Below are positions 25,273-32,000 of a DNA stretch of 32,000 bases, one piece after another. Source of the stretch: Pseudodesulfovibrio piezophilus C1TLV30 (GTDB taxonomy: Bacteria > Desulfobacterota > Desulfovibrionia > Desulfovibrionales > Desulfovibrionaceae); NCBI RefSeq assembly GCF_000341895.1, contig NC_020409.1, positions 1,980,001-2,012,000 on the forward strand, written 5' to 3'. The first letter of the stretch is position 1. Each line of letters begins with the position of its first letter. The position numbers were made by a program, and so were the translations under genes. The notes beneath the pieces are model-generated. The model did not search any database, was not told the origin of the DNA, and saw only the letters and a program-made list of their open reading frames with translations.

Positions 25273-26268
25273 ATGAAGACATACATCTTTCTTCCTCCGG
25301 TCAAAAAGCCCACAGGCGGCGTGACCGTTTTACGACAAATGGCGGACATCCTGCATCAGGCAGGGCATGAAGCATTTCTTGTGACACGGGGGTCTTCCGG
25401 CTGGCGGCCGGAAGGGTTGGCTGATACAGCTCCGGTATTGGAATGGGCCGACATGCACCTGACCCGAGATGACATCTGGCTGGTGCCCGAGGGATGGGTC
25501 AACGCTCTTGCGCCCGGCCTTGAAGCCCGGTCCACCTGCATCAGCTACGTTCAGAACTGGGCGTATCTTTTCAGTTCCCTGCCCGAAGGAACGAGCTGGC
25601 ACACGCTCCCGGTCGAATTTCTGGCCGTATCAGATCCGGTTTCCTATTTCATCAAAACCGCCACATGCAAGGACGCCCCGATTGTACGTCCCGGTATCGA
25701 CCGGTCCATCTTCTTTCCGCCGGAAAGCAGAGAGAGCGGTCCTCTAACCGTGGCATACATGCCGCGCAAGAACAAAGGGACCGTGGAGCAGGTCAAATCC
25801 ATCTTCAAGCATATGTGTGGCAACGAGATGGAGAGCCAGATTCATTGGCGACCCATCACTGGCATGAATGCCCACGGTGTGGCCGACGCCTTACGATCAT
25901 CTCACCTTTTTTTCATGTCCGGTTTCCCTGAAGGATGTCCTCTCCCACCCTTGGAAGCCATGGCGTGCGGTTGCCTGCCGGTGGGATTCACCGGCTTCGG
26001 CGGATGGGACTACATGCGTCAGGCACAGGAGATTCCCCGCTTCAGCCCATGGTGGCCCCTGCGTGACGTGGAGTGGAACGGCAACGGATTCTGGTGTGCG
26101 GACGGAGATGTCCTGGATGCCGCCCTCTGCCTTTCCGAAGCGACAACCCTGCTGCGCGAAGGAGGCCCGTACCTTGACGCCACGCTCAAGGCAGGGCAAG
26201 ACACGGCCAACGCATATTCCACCGAAGCGCAAAAGGAATCGGTCCTCGCCCTCTGGGATGCATTGTGA
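25273..26268 (+). CDS. Glycosyltransferase-like protein (GT-B fold, GT1/GT4-like)
   Basis: 331 aa. The N-terminus MKTYIFLPPVKKPTGGV resembles a Rossmann start. The C-terminal donor-binding-like motif EGCPLPPLEAMACGCLPVG resembles the E-x7-E/EAMA-G-PV motif of GT4 enzymes. There is no obvious SD sequence. Confidence 0.7.
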   Translation: MKTYIFLPPVKKPTGGVTVLRQMADILHQAGHEAFLVTRGSSGWRPEGLADTAPVLEWADMHLTRDDIWLVPEGWVNALAPGLEARSTCISYVQNWAYLFSSLPEGTSWHTLPVEFLAVSDPVSYFIKTATCKDAPIVRPGIDRSIFFPPESRESGPLTVAYMPRKNKGTVEQVKSIFKHMCGNEMESQIHWRPITGMNAHGVADALRSSHLFFMSGFPEGCPLPPLEAMACGCLPVGFTGFGGWDYMRQAQEIPRFSPWWPLRDVEWNGNGFWCADGDVLDAALCLSEATTLLREGGPYLDATLKAGQDTANAYSTEAQKESVLALWDAL

Positions 26269-26280
26269 GTCAAGTGAGTT

Positions 26281-27099
26281 ATGGGAAAAAAGAAATTACG
26301 TCCTGAACCGGAGTCCCTCGAACTGGCACCCGTGGGAGTGGACTCCCACGCCCATCTTGATCTGGTTGATTTCGATGATGACCGGGAAACCATCCTCGCC
26401 AGAGCAAAGGCCACCGGGATATCTGAAATACTGAATGTTTTTCTCGGCCCCGACGCCTATGAAAAAAATCATGCGCTGTTCGACGCCCACCCCGAGGTCT
26501 CCTTCATTCTTGGTGTGCATCCCAATGAAGCCGACACTCTGACAGATGACGCCCTGGAGCGCATGAGAACGCATTTCAAAGGCTCCTCCCGTCTCAAGGG
26601 CGTCGGAGAAATCGGGCTTGACTACTACTGGGACCGGGTCTCGGCCGAAGTCCAAAAAGAGGCGTTCGTCAAGCAACTCGATCTGGCCCGTGAACTGGAC
26701 CTGCCCGTAATCATCCATTCCCGCGACGCCAACGACGACTGCGTGGCAATTCTGGAAGAAAATGGGTTCAGAGGCTACCCGGTTCTCTGGCACTGCTTTG
26801 GCGCAGGGTTGGAACTGGCTCAGCCACTCGTGGACAACGGATGGCATATTTCAATCCCAGGCCCGATAACTTTCCGCAAGACTGATGACCTCCAGGCCGC
26901 GGTTGCCAGAATTCCTTTTGACAGACTTCTGATCGAGACGGATTGCCCATTCCTTGCTCCTGAACCCTGGCGTGGCAAACGCAACCACCCCGCCCTGGTC
27001 AGTTTCACGGCCAAGCGGATAGCTGAAATAAAAGGGCGTTCCGTGGATGATATCTGGCAAATCGCAGGAGATAATGCCCGCCGTTTCTTCGGATTGTAG
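26281..27099 (+). CDS. tatD: TatD-family metal-dependent hydrolase/DNase
   Basis: 272 aa with the metal ligand motifs DSHAHLD, GEIGLDYYW, IHSRDA and IETDCPFLAP. Confidence 0.92.
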   Translation: MGKKKLRPEPESLELAPVGVDSHAHLDLVDFDDDRETILARAKATGISEILNVFLGPDAYEKNHALFDAHPEVSFILGVHPNEADTLTDDALERMRTHFKGSSRLKGVGEIGLDYYWDRVSAEVQKEAFVKQLDLARELDLPVIIHSRDANDDCVAILEENGFRGYPVLWHCFGAGLELAQPLVDNGWHISIPGPITFRKTDDLQAAVARIPFDRLLIETDCPFLAPEPWRGKRNHPALVSFTAKRIAEIKGRSVDDIWQIAGDNARRFFGL

Positions 27100-27193
27100 G
27101 TACCCCGCACGAGATAAAATCGCGCCCCGGATGAATCGCAATTTCCCGGATTTAGCGAAAAAGCGATCACCACCTCAAATATCTGATACCCTC

Positions 27194-27241
27194 AAAAAAA
27201 AGATCGGAGCGGAAAACCGCACCGATCTTTTCATTTTTTTC
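27194..27241. terminator. Bidirectional intrinsic terminator between convergent tatD and xthA
   Basis: The stem agatcgg-a-gcgg / ccgc-a-ccgatct (27201-27228, loop aaaa) has an A-run upstream and tttcattttttt downstream. Confidence 0.8.
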
Positions 27242-27255
27242 CACTGCAACTGCAA

Positions 27256-28023
27256 TCAAAAATCGATTTCCACGCCGATGGGACAGTGATCCGACCCCAT
27301 GACTTCCGGCTCGATCCAGGCTCTGACAACCTTGTCCTTCAACTCTTCCGAGACAAAGAAATAATCAATGCGCCATCCCGCGTTGTTTTTCCTGGCATTG
27401 AATCGATAGGACCACCAGGAATAATGATGCGGGCCATCCTCGAACAAACGGAAGGTGTCCACATACCCATGGGCGATGAATTTATCGACCCATGCACGCT
27501 CCTCGGGCAGGAAACCGGAGCGCTCAGCATTGGACTTGGGATTCTTGAGATCAATCTCGGTATGTGCAGTATTGAAATCGCCGCCGACCACAATGGGCTT
27601 GTCCTTCCGTAATGTTTCGGCATGTTCCAGAAAACACTCGTAGAAGCCCATTTTGAATGCAAGTCGTTCTTCGGACATCTGTCCATTGGGGAAATAGATA
27701 TTGAAGAGATGGAAATCCGGGTATTCGAGATGCAACACCCGGCCTTCGCCATTGAATCGGTCATCCGGCAATCCCGTGAGCACCTCAAGAGGTTCCGGAT
27801 TGGTGAAGCAGGCCACGCCGGAGTAACCTTTTTTCTTCTTGGACCAGTTCCAATAGTTATTGGAATAGGAATCCGGGGCGCGCTCTTCCTCGTCTATCTG
27901 GTCAGGATGTGCCTTGGTCTCTTGCAGCATGACCACATCCCCGCCGCAGGAGTCGAGCCAATCCCGAAAATCCTTTTTGATCACGGCGCGGTAGCCATTG
28001 ACATTCCACGAATAAATAATCAT
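27256..28023 (-). CDS. xthA: Exodeoxyribonuclease III (AP endonuclease)
   Basis: It has MIIYSWNVNGYRAV, LQETK, NIYFPNG, GDFNTAH and SDHCP. The track start is 28035 (MEMQM...). The ATG at 28023 aligns best with Xth N-termini and has GGAG upstream. Confidence 0.93.
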   Translation of the reverse strand: MIIYSWNVNGYRAVIKKDFRDWLDSCGGDVVMLQETKAHPDQIDEEERAPDSYSNNYWNWSKKKKGYSGVACFTNPEPLEVLTGLPDDRFNGEGRVLHLEYPDFHLFNIYFPNGQMSEERLAFKMGFYECFLEHAETLRKDKPIVVGGDFNTAHTEIDLKNPKSNAERSGFLPEERAWVDKFIAHGYVDTFRLFEDGPHHYSWWSYRFNARKNNAGWRIDYFFVSEELKDKVVRAWIEPEVMGSDHCPIGVEIDF

Positions 28024-28034
28024 CTGCATCTCCA

Positions 28035-28069
28035 TGAAAAAAGGGAACCGGCATATCTCCGGTTCCCTT
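28035..28069 (-). terminator. Intrinsic terminator (minus strand) directly abutting the xthA start region
   Basis: The 11-bp stem aagggaaccgg (28041-28051) pairs with ccggttccctt (28059-28069). On the minus strand it is followed by TTTTTT (28037-28042) and then ATGGAGATGCAGATG. Confidence 0.75.
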
Positions 28070-28095
28070 GAACGTGCCGTGTGACCGGCGGAAAG

Positions 28096-28185
28096 CTAGT
28101 CCTCGTTCGGGGAGCTGACTTTGACCATCACCAGAGCGGATATCGTCAGCGACAGACCTAGAAAAAACCAAAAATACCCCATCAT
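28096..28185 (-). CDS. Unannotated small ORF encoding a 29-aa (34 aa from the upstream ATG at 28200) single-TM peptide, CydX/YbgT-like N-terminus (tentative)
   Basis: My own translation gives (MEVAI)MMGYFWFFLGLSLTISALVMVKVSSPNED*. GGAGG (28194-28198) lies 8 nt upstream of the ATG at 28185. The ORF has its own terminator 26 nt downstream and is below the ORF-track size cutoff. Confidence 0.4.
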   Translation of the reverse strand: MMGYFWFFLGLSLTISALVMVKVSSPNED

Positions 28186-28263
28186 GATCGCAACCTCCAT
28201 TAAATCTCGATTGGTCCGAGAGATGTAGCAGAAAGTTTCACGGAAGAAAAGACATCAGACAAA

Positions 28264-28306
28264 GACGCCCTGTCCGCGACTGGGAAGCAGCCCAGGACGG
28301 GGCGTC
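28264..28306 (-). terminator. Probable terminator after the DJ-1/PfpI gene (minus strand)
   Basis: gacgccc (28264-28270) pairs with gggcgtc (28300-28306), with inner gtcc/ggac pairing. On the minus strand it is followed by tttgtctgatgtctttt. Confidence 0.55.
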
Positions 28307-28370
28307 CCATTCATGTTTTACGCTCTCTGCCCGCGCCGCTTTTGCCTCAGTGCAACACGGCCTGCCAGGG

Positions 28371-28958
28371 CTATGGCTCGATCGTGGACCCGAGAACCTT
28401 CAGGAATTCGCGTATCCAGGCAGGGTGGGCGGGCCATGCCGGAGCAGTCACGATATTGCCGTCAGTGCAGGCATTGGATGCCGTTTCATTGACTTCGCAC
28501 CACGTGGCACCGGCAGCCTCTACTTCAGGCTGGACAGCGGGATACCCGGTGCAGGTTTTACCTTTAATGACATCGGCCGCAGCCAGGAGTTGCTGACCAT
28601 GGCAGACAGCTGCAATAGGCTTGTTTTCCTTTGCAAAATGACGGACGCACTCGATGACAGCCGGATTCAGACGCAGGTATTCCGGGGAACGCCCACCAGG
28701 AACGACCAGAGCGTCATAGTCTTCGGCCTTGATCTCTTCAAAAGTGGTCGTGATGCCAAAATTATGGCCCGGTTTTTCGGAGTAGGTCTGATGCCCTTCA
28801 AAATCATGAACCGCTGTCGAGACGCTCTCGCCCGCTTTTTTTCCCGGACAGACGGTATGCACCTTGTGCCCGACCATCAGTAGCATCTGAAACGGCACCA
28901 TTGCCTCATAATCTTCAACGAAATCACCGACCAACATTAAGATTTTCTTGACTGCCAT
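28371..28958 (-). CDS. DJ-1/PfpI family protein (YhbO/PfpI-like class I glutamine amidotransferase-like)
   Basis: The start was chosen at MAVKKILMLVGD (ATG 28956-28958, GGAGG RBS). The nucleophile elbow is AAVCHGQQLL. The track ORF extends to 29426, but that part overlaps the convergent flavoprotein gene and has no family signal. Confidence 0.9.
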   Translation of the reverse strand: MAVKKILMLVGDFVEDYEAMVPFQMLLMVGHKVHTVCPGKKAGESVSTAVHDFEGHQTYSEKPGHNFGITTTFEEIKAEDYDALVVPGGRSPEYLRLNPAVIECVRHFAKENKPIAAVCHGQQLLAAADVIKGKTCTGYPAVQPEVEAAGATWCEVNETASNACTDGNIVTAPAWPAHPAWIREFLKVLGSTIEP

Positions 28959-29075
28959 ACAATCCTCCATGTGTGAGTTTGAGCGTTGAATGTGGTCTTG
29001 TCCCTCAAAATTGTCAACACCATTCAGGTGAATTCCCTGTTGCCCTTCTGCCCTGCTCTGCCGTAAGACCGGCTC

Positions 29076-30245
29076 ATGACACGATTTGATGTACTCATTC
29101 TCGGCGGAGGAGCTTCCGGCCTGTATTGCGCCATGCATGCAGCGCGACACGGCCATTCTGTGGCCATACTCGACCACAGCGACAAACCCGCGCGCAAGGT
29201 TCGGGTGGCAGGAGGCGGCAAGTGCAACTTCACGAACATGACCGTGGAACCGCACAATTATATCTGTAGCAACCCCCATTTTGTAAAATCGGCACTGGCC
29301 AGACACTCCCAGTGGGATGTCATCTCTTTTTTCGCCGAGCACGGCATTTCTTACGAAGAACGGGAGCATGGTCAGCTTTTCACCCTGGAAGGCGCAGGCC
29401 GACTCGCCGGGATTCTTGTTGACCAATGCAAGAAGCTCGGTGTGCAGATGCTCCTTGGCCGCACGATCGAATCCGTGGCAGCATGTTCCCCCTTCATCGT
29501 GGAAACCCCTGAAGAGACACTGGAAGCGAAAAAAATCGTCATCGCTCTGGGAGGCCCATCCTGGCCGCAGGTCGGAGCTTCGGACCTCGGCTTCCGGCTA
29601 GCACACCAATTCAACCTGCCGATCATTCGTCCCAGACCAGCACTGGTGCCCCTTGTCTTCTCCCGAGCTCAACGCACCATGTGTGAAGAGCTGGCTGGCA
29701 ATGCCCTGCCCGTTACCATGACGACCGGCGACATGTCTTTTTCAGACCCACTGCTTTTCACCCACAAAGGGATATCCGGCCCTGCCGTCCTTCAAATTTC
29801 TTCCTACTGGAGTGAAGGACAATCGCTTCTCATTGATTTTCTTCCCCAGAAATCAGTGGCCGACCTTGTGGAAACGCACAGAACCAACAACAGTCGATTC
29901 CGCAATCTTCTGGCACGGGAACTCCCCAAACGCCTTGTTCCATACCTCGTATCAGGTGACCTCGCCGAAACGTCAGTCAGCCAATTGAGCAAACAGCAGA
30001 TTGCAATGGCCGAAAACCGGATTCACCGATTTCGAATCACTCCCGCTTCCACCGAGGGATACGGCAAAGCCGAAGTGACTGTGGGCGGCATTGATACGGA
30101 TTGCTTTTCATCCAAAACCTTTGAAGCAAAGGATATCCCCGGCCTGCATGTCATTGGTGAGGCTCTTGATGTGACCGGGCACCTCGGAGGCTACAATCTG
30201 CAATGGGCGTTTTCTTCAGGCAGTGCCTGTGCGGAAAGCCTGTAA
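29076..30245 (+). CDS. HI0933/YhiN (BaiN-like) family FAD-dependent oxidoreductase
   Basis: 389 aa with the dinucleotide fold FDVLILGGGASGLYCA, then GGGKCNFTN, and the C-terminal GEALDVTGHLGGYNLQWAFSSG typical of this family. Confidence 0.88.
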   Translation: MTRFDVLILGGGASGLYCAMHAARHGHSVAILDHSDKPARKVRVAGGGKCNFTNMTVEPHNYICSNPHFVKSALARHSQWDVISFFAEHGISYEEREHGQLFTLEGAGRLAGILVDQCKKLGVQMLLGRTIESVAACSPFIVETPEETLEAKKIVIALGGPSWPQVGASDLGFRLAHQFNLPIIRPRPALVPLVFSRAQRTMCEELAGNALPVTMTTGDMSFSDPLLFTHKGISGPAVLQISSYWSEGQSLLIDFLPQKSVADLVETHRTNNSRFRNLLARELPKRLVPYLVSGDLAETSVSQLSKQQIAMAENRIHRFRITPASTEGYGKAEVTVGGIDTDCFSSKTFEAKDIPGLHVIGEALDVTGHLGGYNLQWAFSSGSACAESL

Positions 30246-30329
30246 AGGCCCGTACTGTCGTACTTGATAAAAAGAGGGGGAGCGGTTTCCGCCATTCCGG
30301 CAAAGAACGGGAACAAGCCAATCCGCCGA

Positions 30330-30935
30330 TTATTTGATCAAAGGCAGATAGGTTTGATGGTACACGATGTCACATGCGACAAAAATGAGCATAAGCCCCA
30401 TCAGCATGTTGAAACATTTGAAATACCCACTTCGGTTGAGGCGGTGGCCGACCATCGCCCCCACCATCGCGTAGAGCGTCGGGGCACCAAAGCCGAACAG
30501 AGCAAGCAACAACGACCAAACGGCAATATCCACGCCCTCGATTCCGGCAGCTGGAAACTGGACAGTTGCAACGGGCAGAACCACGAGAAAAGACTTCGGG
30601 TTCAATAACTGCATCAGCAGTCCATCTTTGAAAGTCAGATTGAGTGAGCACTTTTCGGCCCCGTGCATATTCACTTCCGACAAGATGACTTTACCCGCAA
30701 GGAAGAGAATGAAAGCCCCGCCGAGAAGGCCGATATACGGCAGCATGGACTCGTCAATGACACTACTCCCCGCATATCCCACCAACAACAGATAAAACAG
30801 CAAAGCGCACCCGACGCCCATGGAAAACATGAACTGGGTCGCCATATTCTTTTGCAACCCATTGTTAAAACTCAAAATATTGACCGGCCCCGGCGTATAC
30901 ATGATACCGATGGAAAAGATGAGTATGTTCAGCAT
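30330..30935 (-). CDS. LysE/RhtB-family amino-acid exporter
   Basis: 201 aa with 6 TM helices. The N-terminal motif is IGIMYTPGPVNILSFNNG. It starts 9 nt after the AraC-family gene stop. Confidence 0.88.
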   Translation of the reverse strand: MLNILIFSIGIMYTPGPVNILSFNNGLQKNMATQFMFSMGVGCALLFYLLLVGYAGSSVIDESMLPYIGLLGGAFILFLAGKVILSEVNMHGAEKCSLNLTFKDGLLMQLLNPKSFLVVLPVATVQFPAAGIEGVDIAVWSLLLALFGFGAPTLYAMVGAMVGHRLNRSGYFKCFNMLMGLMLIFVACDIVYHQTYLPLIK

Positions 30936-30944
30936 AGTTCCCCG

Positions 30945-31778
30945 TTATCCCCGGAATTGGATTTGATATTGACGCGGCGTGATTCCATGAATCCGCTTGA
31001 AACGTCGATTAAGATGGCTGACATCGGTAAACCCGGACATATGCGCCACGGTACTCGGCGCACCACCGTCCTCGAGAGCGCGTCTTGCCCGGTTAATACG
31101 GGCACTAAGCACGTATTGATGAGGTGTAATCCCGAATTGACGGCGAAACAGGCGGATAAAATGATACTTGGACATAGTGGCCACACCGCACAGCTCATCA
31201 ATGGAAAGATCCTGCTCCAGATTCTCCAGAATATACTCCTTCACCCTGAGGAGAAGCGTATCCTTCCTCTCCGACCACTGGTCCGGCTGATAATGCCCGA
31301 GCCTCTGTGTCAGTCGTTTTACTATTTCATACAAAAGTGACTCCTGCTCCATCCGAGCCCCGGATTGCAGGGAGATCAAATGAGAGAGGGACAGAATATG
31401 AGACCGGAGTATTCGGTCCCGGAAAAGGGTCTCCGGGAGGCGAAGGGAAGCGTTTTCCTCTTTGCCTATTGCGTGGAAAAGCGGAACTATTTCATCTTGA
31501 TGAAGATAGAGCATCGTATACTTGAGCGCGTCATGGTTCCCGGGATTCCCATCATGAGCATCCTCGGGATTAAACAGCAGAATCGTTCCCGGCGGACTTT
31601 GAAACCAGCACCCCCTGCAAAAAAAGTCCTGCCTCCCAGATAAAGTCACCCCGATCGCCAACTCCTGATGAGCGTGTTTTTCATAGGAAAAATCACTCAT
31701 CACAGCATTCAAAGCGGTCACCCCTGCAAGGTGGCTACTGTGTCTGAATATGAAGGAGTTTTCGTGCATTACGGTCAT
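30945..31778 (-). CDS. AraC-family transcriptional regulator (N-terminal cupin-like ligand domain plus C-terminal HTH)
   Basis: 277 aa. The C-terminal segment LSIDELCGVATMSKYHFIRLFRRQFGITPHQYV...GFTDVSHLNRRFKRIHGITPRQY is the AraC double-HTH signature. Confidence 0.9.
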   Translation of the reverse strand: MTVMHENSFIFRHSSHLAGVTALNAVMSDFSYEKHAHQELAIGVTLSGRQDFFCRGCWFQSPPGTILLFNPEDAHDGNPGNHDALKYTMLYLHQDEIVPLFHAIGKEENASLRLPETLFRDRILRSHILSLSHLISLQSGARMEQESLLYEIVKRLTQRLGHYQPDQWSERKDTLLLRVKEYILENLEQDLSIDELCGVATMSKYHFIRLFRRQFGITPHQYVLSARINRARRALEDGGAPSTVAHMSGFTDVSHLNRRFKRIHGITPRQYQIQFRG

Positions 31779-31810
31779 TTCCCGGAACTTTTCCCTGTTT
31801 CATCCACTCT

Positions 31811-32000
31811 CTACAGCCTTGATTCAAAAAAAACTTGTACAAAATTGCTCATCTTGCATCTGGCTTCATGGCTAAAGAAGGGTGAATCAGCAGCAGGAAA
31901 AGGGCCGCGCATAAACGGCTTAGACGTTATATCATCGTCTTCAATATCCACAGGCTGACCATGCCACTCCCAATTGTCGCCAGGATACTCCGGGTTTTCC
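31811..32000 (-). CDS. Possible C-terminal fragment of a gene entering from beyond the window end (unknown function)
   Basis: My own translation of the minus-strand frame from 31999 gives ENPEYPGDNWEWHGQPVDIEDDDITSKPFMRGPFPAADSPFFSHEARCKMSNFVQVFFESRL*, with the stop at 31811-31813. No motif was recognised. Confidence 0.25.
   Translation of the reverse strand, partial: ENPEYPGDNWEWHGQPVDIEDDDITSKPFMRGPFPAADSPFFSHEARCKMSNFVQVFFESRL

Noticed and set aside
28959-29426. N-terminal 156-aa extension of the DJ-1/PfpI ORF (track 28371-29426)
   Set aside because: The extension overlaps the convergently placed start of the FAD oxidoreductase gene and has no family similarity. A GGAGG RBS precedes the internal ATG at 28958, where the DJ-1 fold begins.
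1-32000. Search for CRISPR arrays, tRNA, rRNA and known structured RNAs (SRP, tmRNA, RNase P, 6S)
   Set aside because: I saw no regularly spaced direct repeats, no T-loop GGTTCGAATCC-type cloverleaf candidates and no conserved SRP domain IV or other signature sequences. A covariance-model scan would be needed to be definitive.

Overview
The window looks like a chromosomal segment from a Desulfovibrio-type sulfate reducer. The basis is a cytochrome c553 very close to the D. vulgaris protein and the same cox gene order as in D. vulgaris. I called about 30 protein genes and found no rRNA, tRNA, CRISPR array, transposase or integrase.

Gene content, left to right:
- a partial family-3 solute-binding protein (-)
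- 6-phosphofructokinase
- cytochrome bd oxidase cydAB
- TRAP permease genes dctQ and dctM
- a minus-strand heme-copper oxidase operon: c553, Sco, CoxI, CoxIII, CoxIV, CoxII fused to two heme c domains, heme O synthase, and an uncharacterised 4-TM protein
- two hypothetical exported or membrane proteins, one with a pair of EF-hands
- a Tat-lipoprotein TRAP substrate-binding protein
- umuD, umuC and ogt
- a partner-switching operon with no sigma factor gene (Cache-HAMP-PP2C phosphatase, RsbW-like kinase, STAS protein)
- a fused ABC exporter whose ATPase domain carries about 260 extra residues
- a GT-B glycosyltransferase-like gene, tatD, xthA
- an unannotated 29-34 aa membrane peptide ORF
- a DJ-1/PfpI protein, an HI0933-type flavoprotein, and an AraC-LysE pair

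I do not see a clear-cut new multi-gene system such as a defence island. The most unusual items are:
- the ABC nucleotide-binding domain insertion
- the sigma-less partner-switching operon divergent from the ABC and GT genes
- the small CydX-like ORF with a terminator abutting xthA
- the 4-TM histidine-bearing protein at the end of the cox operon
- the TRAP transporter genes split around the cox cluster
- a heavily structured 240-nt region downstream of dctP

All family assignments come from motif reading by eye. No database search was run.
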